From: Candidatus Poribacteria bacterium
GTDB taxonomy: Bacteria > Poribacteria > WGA-4E > PCPOR2b
Length of the DNA: 64,000 bases
Reading direction: 5' to 3'
Assembly: GCA_965208675.1 (NCBI GenBank)
Contig: OZ242351.1
Coordinates: forward strand, 4,640,001 to 4,704,000
The translations under genes and the position numbers were made by a program. Within the stretch, counting starts at the first letter, position 1. Every line of letters begins with the position of its first letter. Below, in pieces: positions 1 through 9,433 of the stretch. The notes under the pieces are model-generated. The model had not been told where the DNA came from. It did no database searches and worked only from the letters and a program-made list of their open reading frames with translations.

Positions 1-201
1 TTTAGGTTTGAGTTCCTTCTCCGTAACGGGGCGGTTAAATTTCGCACGAATTTTGACACCACCGCGGAAGTCAATTCCAAAATTGGGGCCTTTGTGAATT
101 CCTAGTGATATCAATCCGACTATAATGAGGGCCGCGGATAAAAAGAAACCCATCTTTCTTTTTCCAAGAAAATTGATATTTGTATTTCTGATTAGTTCCA
201 A
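1..201 (-). CDS. secF: Protein translocase subunit SecF, N-terminal 67 aa (runs off the window start; not in ORF track)
   Basis: Manual translation from TTG at 201 (AAGGAG 8 nt upstream) gives LELIRNTNINFLGKRK...GPNFGIDFRGG. GIDFxGG is the SecF motif, and the gene lies directly downstream of secD. Confidence 0.9.
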   Translation of the reverse strand, partial: MELIRNTNINFLGKRKMGFFLSAALIIVGLISLGIHKGPNFGIDFRGGVKIRAKFNRPVTEKELKPK

Positions 202-273
202 CCCATTGTCTCCTTGCTAATTTGGTGTCAGGTGTTAAGGTATAAGTAGTGAAAGGCGGTTCGGCGCAATGGC

Positions 274-2241
274 TCAAATGCTCAATTTCTTTACATCGCG
301 GCGCCCGATGGTCCAACCGTAAATTTCGCGCGTTAAGATAATAGCCGTAAACATACTCGCGAGGATTCCAATCCCTAATGTGACCGCAAATCCCCTGATT
401 GGGCCTGTTCCAAAATGGTACAGCACCAACGCGACAGCCAACGTGGTAACATTTGCGTCAAGTATTGTCCAAAAAGCCCGTTGGTATCCACTCACAATTG
501 CTGACCATACGGTTTTGCCGGTACGCAACTCCTCGCGGATGCGTTCGAAAATGAGGACATTCGCGTCAACAGCTATACCGATTGTCAGGACAAGTCCGGC
601 AAGCCCGGGCAGTGTTAAAGCCGCACCGAATCCCGCAAGCGCGCCCAAAATGACTATCATGTTAAACACAAGCGCGACAATTGCAATTAAACCTGACAGT
701 TTATAATAAATCACCATGAAGACAAGGACACATGCCATACCGATGACTGCGGCTTTAATCCCGTTTTCAATGGCTTCCCTTCCGAGCGTTGGCCCCACGG
801 TACGTTCTTCGGCAATTTTTACACCGGTTGGAAAGGCTCCGGCTTTGAGGATATTTGCCAGGTAATTCGCTTCCTCAAAAGTAAAATTACCTTGAATCTG
901 CGCTCCCCCCACAATTTTGTCCTTAATGACCGGCGCAGATTGAATTTTTCCGTCAAGCAGGATAGCTAGATGTTCCCCGATATGTTCTCCAGTAATTTCA
1001 GCGAATCTGCGTCGGCCTTGGGAATCGAAATTCATAGACACCACAATATCAAATTGTGTTTGCCCTGGCGACGGGTCAGCACTGGTGATTCTATCTCCAG
1101 TCAGCAATATTGGACGTTCTAAAACATACCAGTCCCCCGTCTCGTAGTGGTATCGAATTTCGGTGTTTTCAGTGAGATTGTCCGGCGGCGGGACATGCGG
1201 CGGACCTGACCAAAAGTTGCCGCCAGCCGGATTCTTCGCGACCAGTTTGAATTCTAAGCGTCCCATGGTTTTTACGATCCGCAGGGGTCTGGAGGAATCT
1301 TTTGCACCCGGCAATTCAACAATTATTCGCGGCCGGTTGGCTTCCGGCCGGATGGAAGGTTCAGCGACGCCGAACGCATCGACGCGGTTTCGCAAGACGA
1401 TTAATACCTGTTCGATAGCTTGTTCACTGTACTTTTCGATGCCGGAATCACTTAGGTAAATTCGATAAATGCCCTGCGTATCAGTTTGGGAAACTTCTAT
1501 CGCGTCATCGAAAAACTCTTCTTCGTTAAGTATCGTCTCTACCTTTTCCATATATTCTTGCTTTTGACTCGCGTCAGATCTGTATCTAGATGGAATTCCA
1601 ACAATCACTTCCAATCCCTTTGATCCATCCTCCTGCTCCACTACCCTTAAATCCTCACTTCTGCATAAGATGTTTTTGTCTTGCTCTCGCATGCGCTCAG
1701 GAATCGAGGTGATGCGTTCTCTGAGCAGTTCGTTTTTCGATTCTTCGAGATCCACTTCGAGAACGAGGTGGACACCGCCTTTCAGGTCCAACCCGAGTTT
1801 TAGGCGATTGTCCGGTATCAGTCGGCGCACGATTGTCGGGATACGGCCGTAAAGGTGTAGATTCGCCAAGATTGCCGCCAGTTCTGATTCGTTCTTTTCC
1901 TCGGTGAATCTGACCAAAAACTCGCGATTTCCCGTGGTATCAAATTCATATCCAGCACCTTCCTCCAAGCCTTGATTGCCCAATTGTGCCCGCAATATAT
2001 CCGAAAGTTCAGTCACGGCATCGTTGAAATTGATTCCTTCAGGGTATTGAATATCTTGCAGATTAACTTTTAACGCACCATCTTCGGTTGTTTCAAAGTC
2101 GGGGAATTTCTCTTGCATCCAGAGGGAAAGATTTCCGTATAGCGGGTGGTAAAGGGAATCTGGGGTGGGAATAAGATACAACGCTGAAAACACAAATACA
2201 GCCATTATTAAAACGAGCTTCCATACATTAAACCTGTACAT
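274..2241 (-). CDS. secD: Protein translocase subunit SecD
   Basis: LKLGLDLKGG, RVDAFGVAEP, VGPTLG, LTLPGLAGLVLTIGIAVDANVLIFERIREE motifs. Confidence 0.97.
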   Translation of the reverse strand: MYRFNVWKLVLIMAVFVFSALYLIPTPDSLYHPLYGNLSLWMQEKFPDFETTEDGALKVNLQDIQYPEGINFNDAVTELSDILRAQLGNQGLEEGAGYEFDTTGNREFLVRFTEEKNESELAAILANLHLYGRIPTIVRRLIPDNRLKLGLDLKGGVHLVLEVDLEESKNELLRERITSIPERMREQDKNILCRSEDLRVVEQEDGSKGLEVIVGIPSRYRSDASQKQEYMEKVETILNEEEFFDDAIEVSQTDTQGIYRIYLSDSGIEKYSEQAIEQVLIVLRNRVDAFGVAEPSIRPEANRPRIIVELPGAKDSSRPLRIVKTMGRLEFKLVAKNPAGGNFWSGPPHVPPPDNLTENTEIRYHYETGDWYVLERPILLTGDRITSADPSPGQTQFDIVVSMNFDSQGRRRFAEITGEHIGEHLAILLDGKIQSAPVIKDKIVGGAQIQGNFTFEEANYLANILKAGAFPTGVKIAEERTVGPTLGREAIENGIKAAVIGMACVLVFMVIYYKLSGLIAIVALVFNMIVILGALAGFGAALTLPGLAGLVLTIGIAVDANVLIFERIREELRTGKTVWSAIVSGYQRAFWTILDANVTTLAVALVLYHFGTGPIRGFAVTLGIGILASMFTAIILTREIYGWTIGRRDVKKLSI

Positions 2242-2262
2242 CCATTTCTCCTAGACTAAAGA

Positions 2263-2338
2263 TGGTGCGCCTGGGAGGATTCGAACCCCCGACACGAGGC
2301 TTAGGAAGCCTCTGCTCTATCCCCTGAGCTACAGGCGC
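2263..2338 (-). tRNA. tRNA-Arg (anticodon CCT)
   Basis: Reverse complement GCGCCTGTAGCTCAGGGGATAGAGCA-GAGGC-TTCCTAA-GCCTC-GTGTCGGGGGTTCGAATCCTCCCAGGCGCACCA. It forms a 76-nt cloverleaf with a TTCGAA T-loop and encoded CCA. Confidence 0.97.
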
Positions 2339-2398
2339 GGACTTGCTGCGTCGCACCCAAAAAATCCATTTAAGCGTATAAGTATAGCATATCGGATG

Positions 2399-2914
2399 TT
2401 AAAATTCAATTAGAGAAAAAATATTGTAATCTGAGAATTTCTCACGACCTTTTAGAAAGGTAAGTTCAATTAATACGGGAATCCCAATTACGCGCCCCTC
2501 TAGTTTTTCAACGAGTTCAATGGAAGCCGCTATTGTACCGCCCGTTGCAATAACGTCATCGCAAACTAACACACGGCTCCCAGCCGGAAGTGCATCTTGG
2601 TGAATTGTCAGCGTATCAGTGCCGTACTCTAAGTCGTAATCAGCCTCGTAGGTATCAAAAGGTAGTTTGCCCTTCTTGCGGATGGGGACGAAACCGACGC
2701 CCAATTGAATTGCTAATGCGCCGCCGAGAATAAATCCACGTGCGTCAATACCAACAACAACGTCAACCCCGGCCGGTTGGTAATTAGAAGCCATCGCATG
2801 AATTGCATCACGAAACACAATACTGTTGTTAAGCAGCGGCGTGATATCTTTGAAGACGATACCCGGTTCGGGGAAATCGGGAATATCGCGGATAAACTTA
2901 GTAAAATCGGTCAT
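2399..2914 (-). CDS. apt: Adenine phosphoribosyltransferase
   Basis: IPDFPEPGIVFKDITPLL, RKKGKLP, LEYG, and the PRPP loop VCDDVIATGGT. Confidence 0.96.
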   Translation of the reverse strand: MTDFTKFIRDIPDFPEPGIVFKDITPLLNNSIVFRDAIHAMASNYQPAGVDVVVGIDARGFILGGALAIQLGVGFVPIRKKGKLPFDTYEADYDLEYGTDTLTIHQDALPAGSRVLVCDDVIATGGTIAASIELVEKLEGRVIGIPVLIELTFLKGREKFSDYNIFSLIEF

Positions 2915-2940
2915 GAAATTACTCCAATTTAGATGTGCGC

Positions 2941-3819
2941 TTATTCGAATGGAGATTGGCGGTGGTTCTTTTTAGGTAATTGCTGAAAAGCCTCGTGGGA
3001 CTGTTGGACAATGTGTGCGATGTCATCACGTGCGCCGGAAGGGTGTTCTCCGAAATTCCGATTCATATGAATAAGGTATTCGATATTACCTGCGGGACCT
3101 TGAATTGGCGAATAGGTGAGACCCATAACGGACCAATTTATCTCATGCGCAAATTTGGTAATCTCCTGTAGCACCTGCTCATGAATATGGGGATGGCGCA
3201 CAACGCCTCCCTTGCCCACATGTTTGCGTCCGGCTTCGAACTGCGGTTTTACGAGTGCAATAATGTCCCCTGCGGGTTCGACAATCCGGCTAACAACCGG
3301 CAACACTTTCCGGAGTGAAATAAATGCGACATCTATGACGCCAATTTCGACCGGTTGATCGAATAGATTCAGGTCTATGGTACGGATATTGGTTCGCTCT
3401 ATGGGACGAACGCGTGAATTTGTACGAAGACGCCACGCCAGTTCGCCGTAACCCACATCTACCGCGTACACAAATTTTGCTCCGTGCTGGAGCAGACAGT
3501 CCGTAAAACCGCCGGTTGATGCCCCGACATCGACGGCTATTTTGTCATGTACATTCGCCCGGAACACTTGCAACGCTTTTTCCAACTTTAACCCGCCCCG
3601 ACTCACGTACCGCAACTTTTGTTTGACATCAATGGTTGCTCCGACGGGTATTAGGCGCCCCGGTTTGTGCTGCGGTTCACCTTGGACGAGCACTTGTCCT
3701 GCAAGTATTAGCTGTTTTGCCCGCTCTCTACTTTCAGCTAGTCCCCGTTCAACAACTGACATATCAAGGCGCTTTTTCCGAGGACCCCAGCTTGTTGAAG
3801 ATTGCGGCGTTTCCACCAT
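2941..3819 (-). CDS. tlyA: TlyA family rRNA (cytidine-2'-O)-methyltransferase
   Basis: S4 domain, YVSRGGLKL, DVGASTGGFTDCLLQ, LVKPQFE, GNIEY. ATG at 3819 with AGGAG upstream is preferred over 3843. Confidence 0.93.
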   Translation of the reverse strand: MVETPQSSTSWGPRKKRLDMSVVERGLAESRERAKQLILAGQVLVQGEPQHKPGRLIPVGATIDVKQKLRYVSRGGLKLEKALQVFRANVHDKIAVDVGASTGGFTDCLLQHGAKFVYAVDVGYGELAWRLRTNSRVRPIERTNIRTIDLNLFDQPVEIGVIDVAFISLRKVLPVVSRIVEPAGDIIALVKPQFEAGRKHVGKGGVVRHPHIHEQVLQEITKFAHEINWSVMGLTYSPIQGPAGNIEYLIHMNRNFGEHPSGARDDIAHIVQQSHEAFQQLPKKNHRQSPFE

Positions 3820-3966
3820 CCGACCCACTCCTGAAAGTAACACGTAAACTCATTCGCCGAATTGCAAGTGTATCATGGTGCGCGGCGGATTTGAAGGTTT
3901 GAATTTGTACGGTTCAGCGTGTGCCCGCTTTTACTGCAATCCACGACATCCGGTGCAATGCCTGTT

Positions 3967-5826
3967 CTACCGGGCTTTGACAAGTTTTGATCCTTCACGG
4001 ACGATGGCATCCGCGTCGCAGCCGCAGAGGTGATATAGCGCATTCACATCGCCGTGATCGATGAACTGATCTGGAATCCCGAGCCGTTTTACCTGAACTT
4101 TCGTTAAACCGCTGTCAGCGAACATCTCTAATATTGCACTTCCGAACCCGCCCACCAACACCCCGTCTTCAACCGTGATGACCTTTCCGATTCGCTCGGC
4201 TAACGGCAGGATTAGTCCTTCGTCCAGAGGCCTGACGAATCGGGCGTTTACGACAGCCGCAGATATTCCCGCATCTTCCATAGTATCAGCCGCCTCCAAA
4301 GCGGGATGGACGCGATTACCAATTGCCAAAATGAGTAGATTGTCCCCATGACGAAGGATTTCCCCTTTGCCGACGGGGATGGGCTGCGGTTGGTTAGCCA
4401 TTGGTACGCCGACCCCCGTTCCACGCGGATAGCGCAATGCAATGGGGCCTTTTTCATATTCGATTGCGGTTTTGACCATGTGCTGCAACTCGTCCTCATC
4501 TTTCGGCGCCATGACGACCATATTGGGAAGGTGGCGGAGATATGCGAAGTCAAAAACGCCGTGGTGGGTCGGACCGTCGGCACCGACAAGTCCGGCACGA
4601 TCCAATGCGAATATGACGGGAAGATTCTGCACACAAACATCGTGAACTAGCTGGTCATAGCCTCGCTGCAGGAATGTTGAGTAGATAGCCACGACCGGTT
4701 TTACATCTTGGGTTGCTAACCCCGCGGCGAAGGTAACAGCACACTGTTCAGCCAATCCAACATCGAAGAAACGCTTTGGGAAAACTTCCTGAAATTTTTC
4801 CAGACCGGTACCGGTTGGCATTGCTGCGGTTATTCCCACAATTCTCGAATCGTCACAAGCGAGCTTTATTAGCGTGTTGCTGAAAACATCGGTATATTTC
4901 GGGTGCAAAGATTTCGAGCCTAACGACTTTCCGGTTTCGAGATCAAATTTGCCGCTTACGCTATAGAATGAGACCGGATCGGCCTCGGCGGGACGATAAC
5001 CCTTGCCCTTTTTGGTGACCGCATGGACGAATATCGGCTCTTGCATATCCTTGACACGTCCAAGCATTTCCAGCAACGATTCGAGATTATGTCCATCAAT
5101 GGGCCCGAAATAGCGGAAACCGAATTCCTCGAATAGCGTGCCGGGTTTAAGCGCTGCCTCGATTTTGCTGGCAACTTGTTTGGCTTCCGGCGAGATGAGA
5201 TTGATGAGTTCCTTTGCCCTTTCTCGAAACACGTTGTAGGTCGGACTCGCCACGATGCGATTGAAATATTTCGAAAACGCTCCGACTGTCTCGGAAATCG
5301 ACATTTGATTATCGTTGAGTACGACGATGATGTCTTTTTTGAAATCACCAATCGCATTTAGACCTTCAAATGCCAAACCACCTGTCAGCCCTCCATCTCC
5401 GACTACCGCGACAACCTTGTAATCTTCATTGTGAACTTCACGCGCTGTGGCGACACCTAACGCAGCCGCAAGCGACGTGCTGGAATGTCCGGCGCCGAAG
5501 ACATCGTACTGACTCTCGGCACGGCTGAGGAAGCCGCTAATGCCGCCATACTGCCGAAGGGTAGGGAACCGATTGCGGCGTCCGGTCAACAGCTTGTGTG
5601 GATAGGCTTGGTGTCCAATATCCCAAATTACTTTATCGTGCGGGGTGTCGAAGACATAGTGCAGCGCGATTGCAAGCTCAATGGTGCCAAAATTCGGCGC
5701 AAAATGCCCCGGATGTTCCGATAGAACCGACAGAAGATATTGGCGCATGTCTTCGGCTAGCTCTTTCAGTTCATGAAGATTTAAGGATTTCAAATCAGCC
5801 GGACTATCAATGCTTTCTAACCGCAT
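3967..5826 (-). CDS. dxs: 1-deoxy-D-xylulose-5-phosphate synthase
   Basis: WDIGHQAYPHKLLTGR, GDGGLTGG...LNDN TPP motif, DRAGLVGADGPTHHG, RYPRG. Confidence 0.97.
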   Translation of the reverse strand: MRLESIDSPADLKSLNLHELKELAEDMRQYLLSVLSEHPGHFAPNFGTIELAIALHYVFDTPHDKVIWDIGHQAYPHKLLTGRRNRFPTLRQYGGISGFLSRAESQYDVFGAGHSSTSLAAALGVATAREVHNEDYKVVAVVGDGGLTGGLAFEGLNAIGDFKKDIIVVLNDNQMSISETVGAFSKYFNRIVASPTYNVFRERAKELINLISPEAKQVASKIEAALKPGTLFEEFGFRYFGPIDGHNLESLLEMLGRVKDMQEPIFVHAVTKKGKGYRPAEADPVSFYSVSGKFDLETGKSLGSKSLHPKYTDVFSNTLIKLACDDSRIVGITAAMPTGTGLEKFQEVFPKRFFDVGLAEQCAVTFAAGLATQDVKPVVAIYSTFLQRGYDQLVHDVCVQNLPVIFALDRAGLVGADGPTHHGVFDFAYLRHLPNMVVMAPKDEDELQHMVKTAIEYEKGPIALRYPRGTGVGVPMANQPQPIPVGKGEILRHGDNLLILAIGNRVHPALEAADTMEDAGISAAVVNARFVRPLDEGLILPLAERIGKVITVEDGVLVGGFGSAILEMFADSGLTKVQVKRLGIPDQFIDHGDVNALYHLCGCDADAIVREGSKLVKAR

Positions 5827-5922
5827 CGCTCAACTCCCTGTAGATTCGGCGAACCGATGATTTACCCTCTCTGAATTTTCCTTAACGCAGAACGACTATT
5901 TGCCATAAAAAAGCCCTTGACT

Positions 5923-6165
5923 TTATGTATCGTCGTCCTCTGTGTCAAACGGCTCTGTCGAAAGATTTTTATCGTCTAGCTCAACTAACTGTTGAACGCG
6001 AAGTTCTGCGTTGTCAAGTTTTTGGCGACAAATGCGTGTTAGCCGGATGCCCTCCTCAAAGGCTTGCAGGGATTCGTCCAGCGTTAATGAATCTCCGCGT
6101 TCCAATTGGGTAACCACTTGCTCCAATTTCGCCAAAGTTTCCTCAAAGCTCAACTCTTCAGCCAT
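5923..6165 (-). CDS. xseB: Exodeoxyribonuclease VII small subunit
   Basis: SFEETLAKLEQVVTQLE...LDESLQAFEEG; overlaps the xseA stop. Confidence 0.93.
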   Translation of the reverse strand: MAEELSFEETLAKLEQVVTQLERGDSLTLDESLQAFEEGIRLTRICRQKLDNAELRVQQLVELDDKNLSTEPFDTEDDDT

Positions 6166-7531
6166 CAATCTCTCCTTTTAAAATTTCACATGCCAACCAC
6201 CCGCGCAATAGTTGGACTTCGACCTCCTCACCGGCGTTAACTGCGGCGGCATCCGTGATTGCCTTTCCGCTTAAATCCTTGCAAACACTATAGCCTCGCG
6301 CCAGGGTGCCCAGTGGACTCAGTGAATTCAGTCGGGTTGATGCCATCTGCCAGTTCTGTTTTTTTGCAAATAAATTTTGCCGTATATGCATCTGATGACT
6401 CTGACTCAATTGATCTAGCCGATTGCTCAGCGTTTGGATTTCGGACATCGGATTCAGATGCATCAGTTTAGTATTTAGCGTATCAAGTTGCTGGCGCGAA
6501 TACCCCAAGCGCTGCGTCGATGCTCGTTGGGCGCGGAGTTCAAGCTGATCAATCATCTGCTGATGACGGTTGAGCCTGTCAACTTGGCGTACCGGTGAAA
6601 TGCGGTTTCTGGCGGCAAGCCACCCGGCTTTTGCCGACTCGATGCGTACGGCGATGCTCCGCTTTAAGCGCGATTCAAATTCAGCCATCCGTCCCCGAAG
6701 TTCCTGTGCGTCCGGGACGGTAAGTTCAATTGCGGCGGACGGTGTTGGCGCGCGCTCGTCTGAGACAAAATCCGCAATCGTAAAGTCGGTTTCATGCCCT
6801 ATAGCAGATACTATCGGGATACGCGAGGCAAAAATGGCACGAGCGACAATTTCTTCGTTGAAAGCCCACAAATCCTCAATGGATCCGCCGCCGCGCCCGA
6901 CGATTAGGAGATCGATATCAGGCAAGCGATTCATACAATCAATGGCGTGGGCAATCTCGCCTGCGGCATCTTCGCCTTGAACCAGTGTTGGAAATAGGAG
7001 TACATTCACTAACGGGTAACGTTTTTGCAGCATACGAAACATATCGCGGATTGCCGCTCCTGTTGCGGATGTGATGATGCCAATTTTTTTAGGGAATCTC
7101 GGCAGCGGTTTTTTGTGCGCCGCATCAAATAGACCTTCCGCGGCGAGTGCTTCCTTGAGGCGCTCGAAAGCCAACTGCAATGCGCCGACTCCAGCGGGTT
7201 CCGCCCAATCTGCGATGATTTGATATTCGCTGCGCACATCATAAATGCTTAGTTTTCCGTGCAGGCGCACGGCGTCTCCATCTTTCATCGAGAATTTTAA
7301 GCGCGATGCGGCGGAGCGAAAGATAGCACATCGAATTTGGCTGTGGTCGTCCTTGAGCGTAAAGTAGATATGCCCGGAAGCGGGGCAGGCTAGGTTTGAA
7401 ATTTCACCCTCAATCCAAAGGTCCTGCAATCTCGGTTCGGATTCCAAAAGTTGGCGGAAGACCCGTGTTATTTCGTGTACGCTGTAAACTTTAGTTGTGG
7501 GATCCATAGAGACGGTTTTCATAGTATTCAT
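6158..7531 (-). CDS. xseA: Exodeoxyribonuclease VII large subunit
   Basis: GEISN..SGHIYFTLKD, GRGGGSIEDLWAFNEE, GHETDFTIADFVSD.RAPTPSAA. Confidence 0.97.
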   Translation of the reverse strand: MNTMKTVSMDPTTKVYSVHEITRVFRQLLESEPRLQDLWIEGEISNLACPASGHIYFTLKDDHSQIRCAIFRSAASRLKFSMKDGDAVRLHGKLSIYDVRSEYQIIADWAEPAGVGALQLAFERLKEALAAEGLFDAAHKKPLPRFPKKIGIITSATGAAIRDMFRMLQKRYPLVNVLLFPTLVQGEDAAGEIAHAIDCMNRLPDIDLLIVGRGGGSIEDLWAFNEEIVARAIFASRIPIVSAIGHETDFTIADFVSDERAPTPSAAIELTVPDAQELRGRMAEFESRLKRSIAVRIESAKAGWLAARNRISPVRQVDRLNRHQQMIDQLELRAQRASTQRLGYSRQQLDTLNTKLMHLNPMSEIQTLSNRLDQLSQSHQMHIRQNLFAKKQNWQMASTRLNSLSPLGTLARGYSVCKDLSGKAITDAAAVNAGEEVEVQLLRGWLACEILKGEIDG

Positions 7532-7667
7532 GTACCGTGACTATCATTGTGAGGTTCGCTTGAAACATAACCCCTATTTCTAAAAGCCTGTTTGGATTTA
7601 TAGGTGACAAAGCCATTCTTGGGCGTTTGAATTGCAACAACCGGCGGATCTTCTATGCCACGGGATT

Positions 7668-7728
7668 TACTGTCGCCTTCGTTGTTTGCTCAGTTGATTC
7701 TATTCAGTCGCTTGATCCCCGCCTACAA
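7668..7728 (-). repeat. GATC-doublet module joined to a GTAGGCGGG REP arm
   Basis: Reverse strand reads GTAGGCGGG-GATCAAGCGACTGAATAGAATCAACTGAGC...GGCGACAGT, matching the copies at 19413, 21105 and 38489. Confidence 0.7.
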
Positions 7729-7769
7729 GGTGAGGCGACACACTGTAAAACTGTATTTTCAAACAGTTT

Positions 7770-8564
7770 CTAAGCGATTTTGTTAAACGGGCGGCGAATC
7801 CGTTGGATCGAGATTGCCTTTCCGGTTTTTTCATCAAGCTCGACTACAACGGCGCAAAGAAGTACATCGTCATCAGCGACCTTATGGCGAACTGGCAGCA
7901 TGGTCAGAAAACGGCGGAGGACAATGTCTTTTTTCATACCGATAACTGAGTCGTGGGGACCTGTCATACCGACATCTGTGATATAAGCGGTACCTTGGGG
8001 CAGAACTCGCTCGTCGGCGGTCTGCACATGCGTATGTGTGCCAATAATGGCACTTACCTTCCCATCGGCATACCATCCCATTGCGATTTTCTCAGATGTT
8101 GCTTCCGCGTGGAAATCCAAAATAACTAATTTTGTCAGTGCACAAATTGTCGGAAGGATGGAATCCAGCGTGTGAAAAGGATTCTCGTAATTCTCCATAT
8201 AAACTTGCCCGGCGATATTGATTACACCGATTTCCACCCCCGCATTAGTGGCGGCGACGATGCTACCGCGGCCGGGCGTGTTTTTCGGGAAATTCGCCGG
8301 GCGAATGAGATTTGGCACGGTATCAATAAACTCAAAAACTTCCCGCTGCGCCCAAACGTGATTTCCAGTTGTAATCACGTCAACGCCCCACTCCAATAGT
8401 TCATCAACAATTGCTCGAGTTACTCCTTTACCTCCGGCGGCGTTTTCAGCGTTGGCTATTACAGCGTCGAATGGGCCATGACTTTGAGATAGACTAGGCA
8501 TGAGCGCCAGGGCGGCTTCCCGCCCAGGACGCCCAACAATATCGCCAATGAATAGGATTTTCAA
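7770..8564 (-). CDS. TIGR00282/YmdB-family metallophosphoesterase (2',3'-cyclic nucleotide phosphodiesterase)
   Basis: FIGDIVG, NAENAAGG, TTGNH, DFHAEATSEK, GTHTHVQTAD, TDVGMTG. Confidence 0.93.
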   Translation of the reverse strand: MKILFIGDIVGRPGREAALALMPSLSQSHGPFDAVIANAENAAGGKGVTRAIVDELLEWGVDVITTGNHVWAQREVFEFIDTVPNLIRPANFPKNTPGRGSIVAATNAGVEIGVINIAGQVYMENYENPFHTLDSILPTICALTKLVILDFHAEATSEKIAMGWYADGKVSAIIGTHTHVQTADERVLPQGTAYITDVGMTGPHDSVIGMKKDIVLRRFLTMLPVRHKVADDDVLLCAVVVELDEKTGKAISIQRIRRPFNKIA

Positions 8565-8627
8565 TTATTGTCCTGTTCTTTACGTATTTAGTTGACGGAA
8601 GGATCGAAAAAGCGATGCGGTTTGCGG

Positions 8628-9395
8628 TTAGATTGCCGTCCAACCGCCATCGACAACGAGTGTGTGTCCGGTAATCATCCTAGCGGCATCGCTGGCGAGA
8701 TACAGCACCGCAGCGGCAATTTCCTCCGGTTCAGCGAGGCGCCCGATCAGAATTTTTTCAAGCGTCATCTTGCGAAACTTCGGGTTTTGCATTGCTTCTT
8801 CCGCAAGCGGCGTTCGGGTAACGGTGGGCGCGACGGCATTCACGGTAATTTTGTGCGGCGCCCACTCTGCCGCCAAAGCCTTCGTAACTTGACACACCGC
8901 CCCTTTCGCGCCACAGTAAGGGGCGCGCAGGGGGCCTCCCACGATGCCGACCTGTGAACTGATGTTGATAACCCTTCCCTCAACGCCGTGGTCTATCATC
9001 GACTTCGCCGCAACTTGACTCATAAAGAAAGTACCCTTAAAGTTGACATCGACGATGTAGTCGAAATCATCTTCGGTTACTTCAAGGGCGGGTTGGATTT
9101 TGTTGAATCCCGCGTTGTTTACCAGCACATCAACACGCCCAAAGACATCAAGTGTTTTTTGCACGAATTCCCGTATGCTCGACATCTGTGTAACGTCAAG
9201 CTGCCATGCCGCAGCGCGTTGCCCGGCTTGGCGAATCTGCTCCGCTGTTACCTCAACCTCGCACAATGTACGGCTCCCCAAAACTACGTCCGCACCGGCT
9301 CCCCCACAAGCGAGCGCGATCGATTTTCCGATCCCCCGCCCCCCGCCAGTGACAAGAACGACCTTGCCGGTCAAGGAGAGATTGGTCAACCCCAT
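8628..9395 (-). CDS. Short-chain dehydrogenase/reductase (SDR)
   Basis: TGGGRGIG, VNNAG, YxxxK (YCGAK), VDGG. Confidence 0.9.
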   Translation of the reverse strand: MGLTNLSLTGKVVLVTGGGRGIGKSIALACGGAGADVVLGSRTLCEVEVTAEQIRQAGQRAAAWQLDVTQMSSIREFVQKTLDVFGRVDVLVNNAGFNKIQPALEVTEDDFDYIVDVNFKGTFFMSQVAAKSMIDHGVEGRVINISSQVGIVGGPLRAPYCGAKGAVCQVTKALAAEWAPHKITVNAVAPTVTRTPLAEEAMQNPKFRKMTLEKILIGRLAEPEEIAAAVLYLASDAARMITGHTLVVDGGWTAI

Positions 9396-9433
9396 AGGAT
9401 TATGATCCTTTTCAACCTACTTGGTATCGATGC

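Noticed and set aside
71-316. 81-aa minus-strand ORF after secD
   Set aside because: It is an alternative frame overlapping the true secF start, which carries the GIDFxGG motif.
2263-2338. tRNA-Arg as an integration site
   Set aside because: It is flanked by housekeeping genes, and I saw no duplicated tRNA 3' end or integrase in the window.
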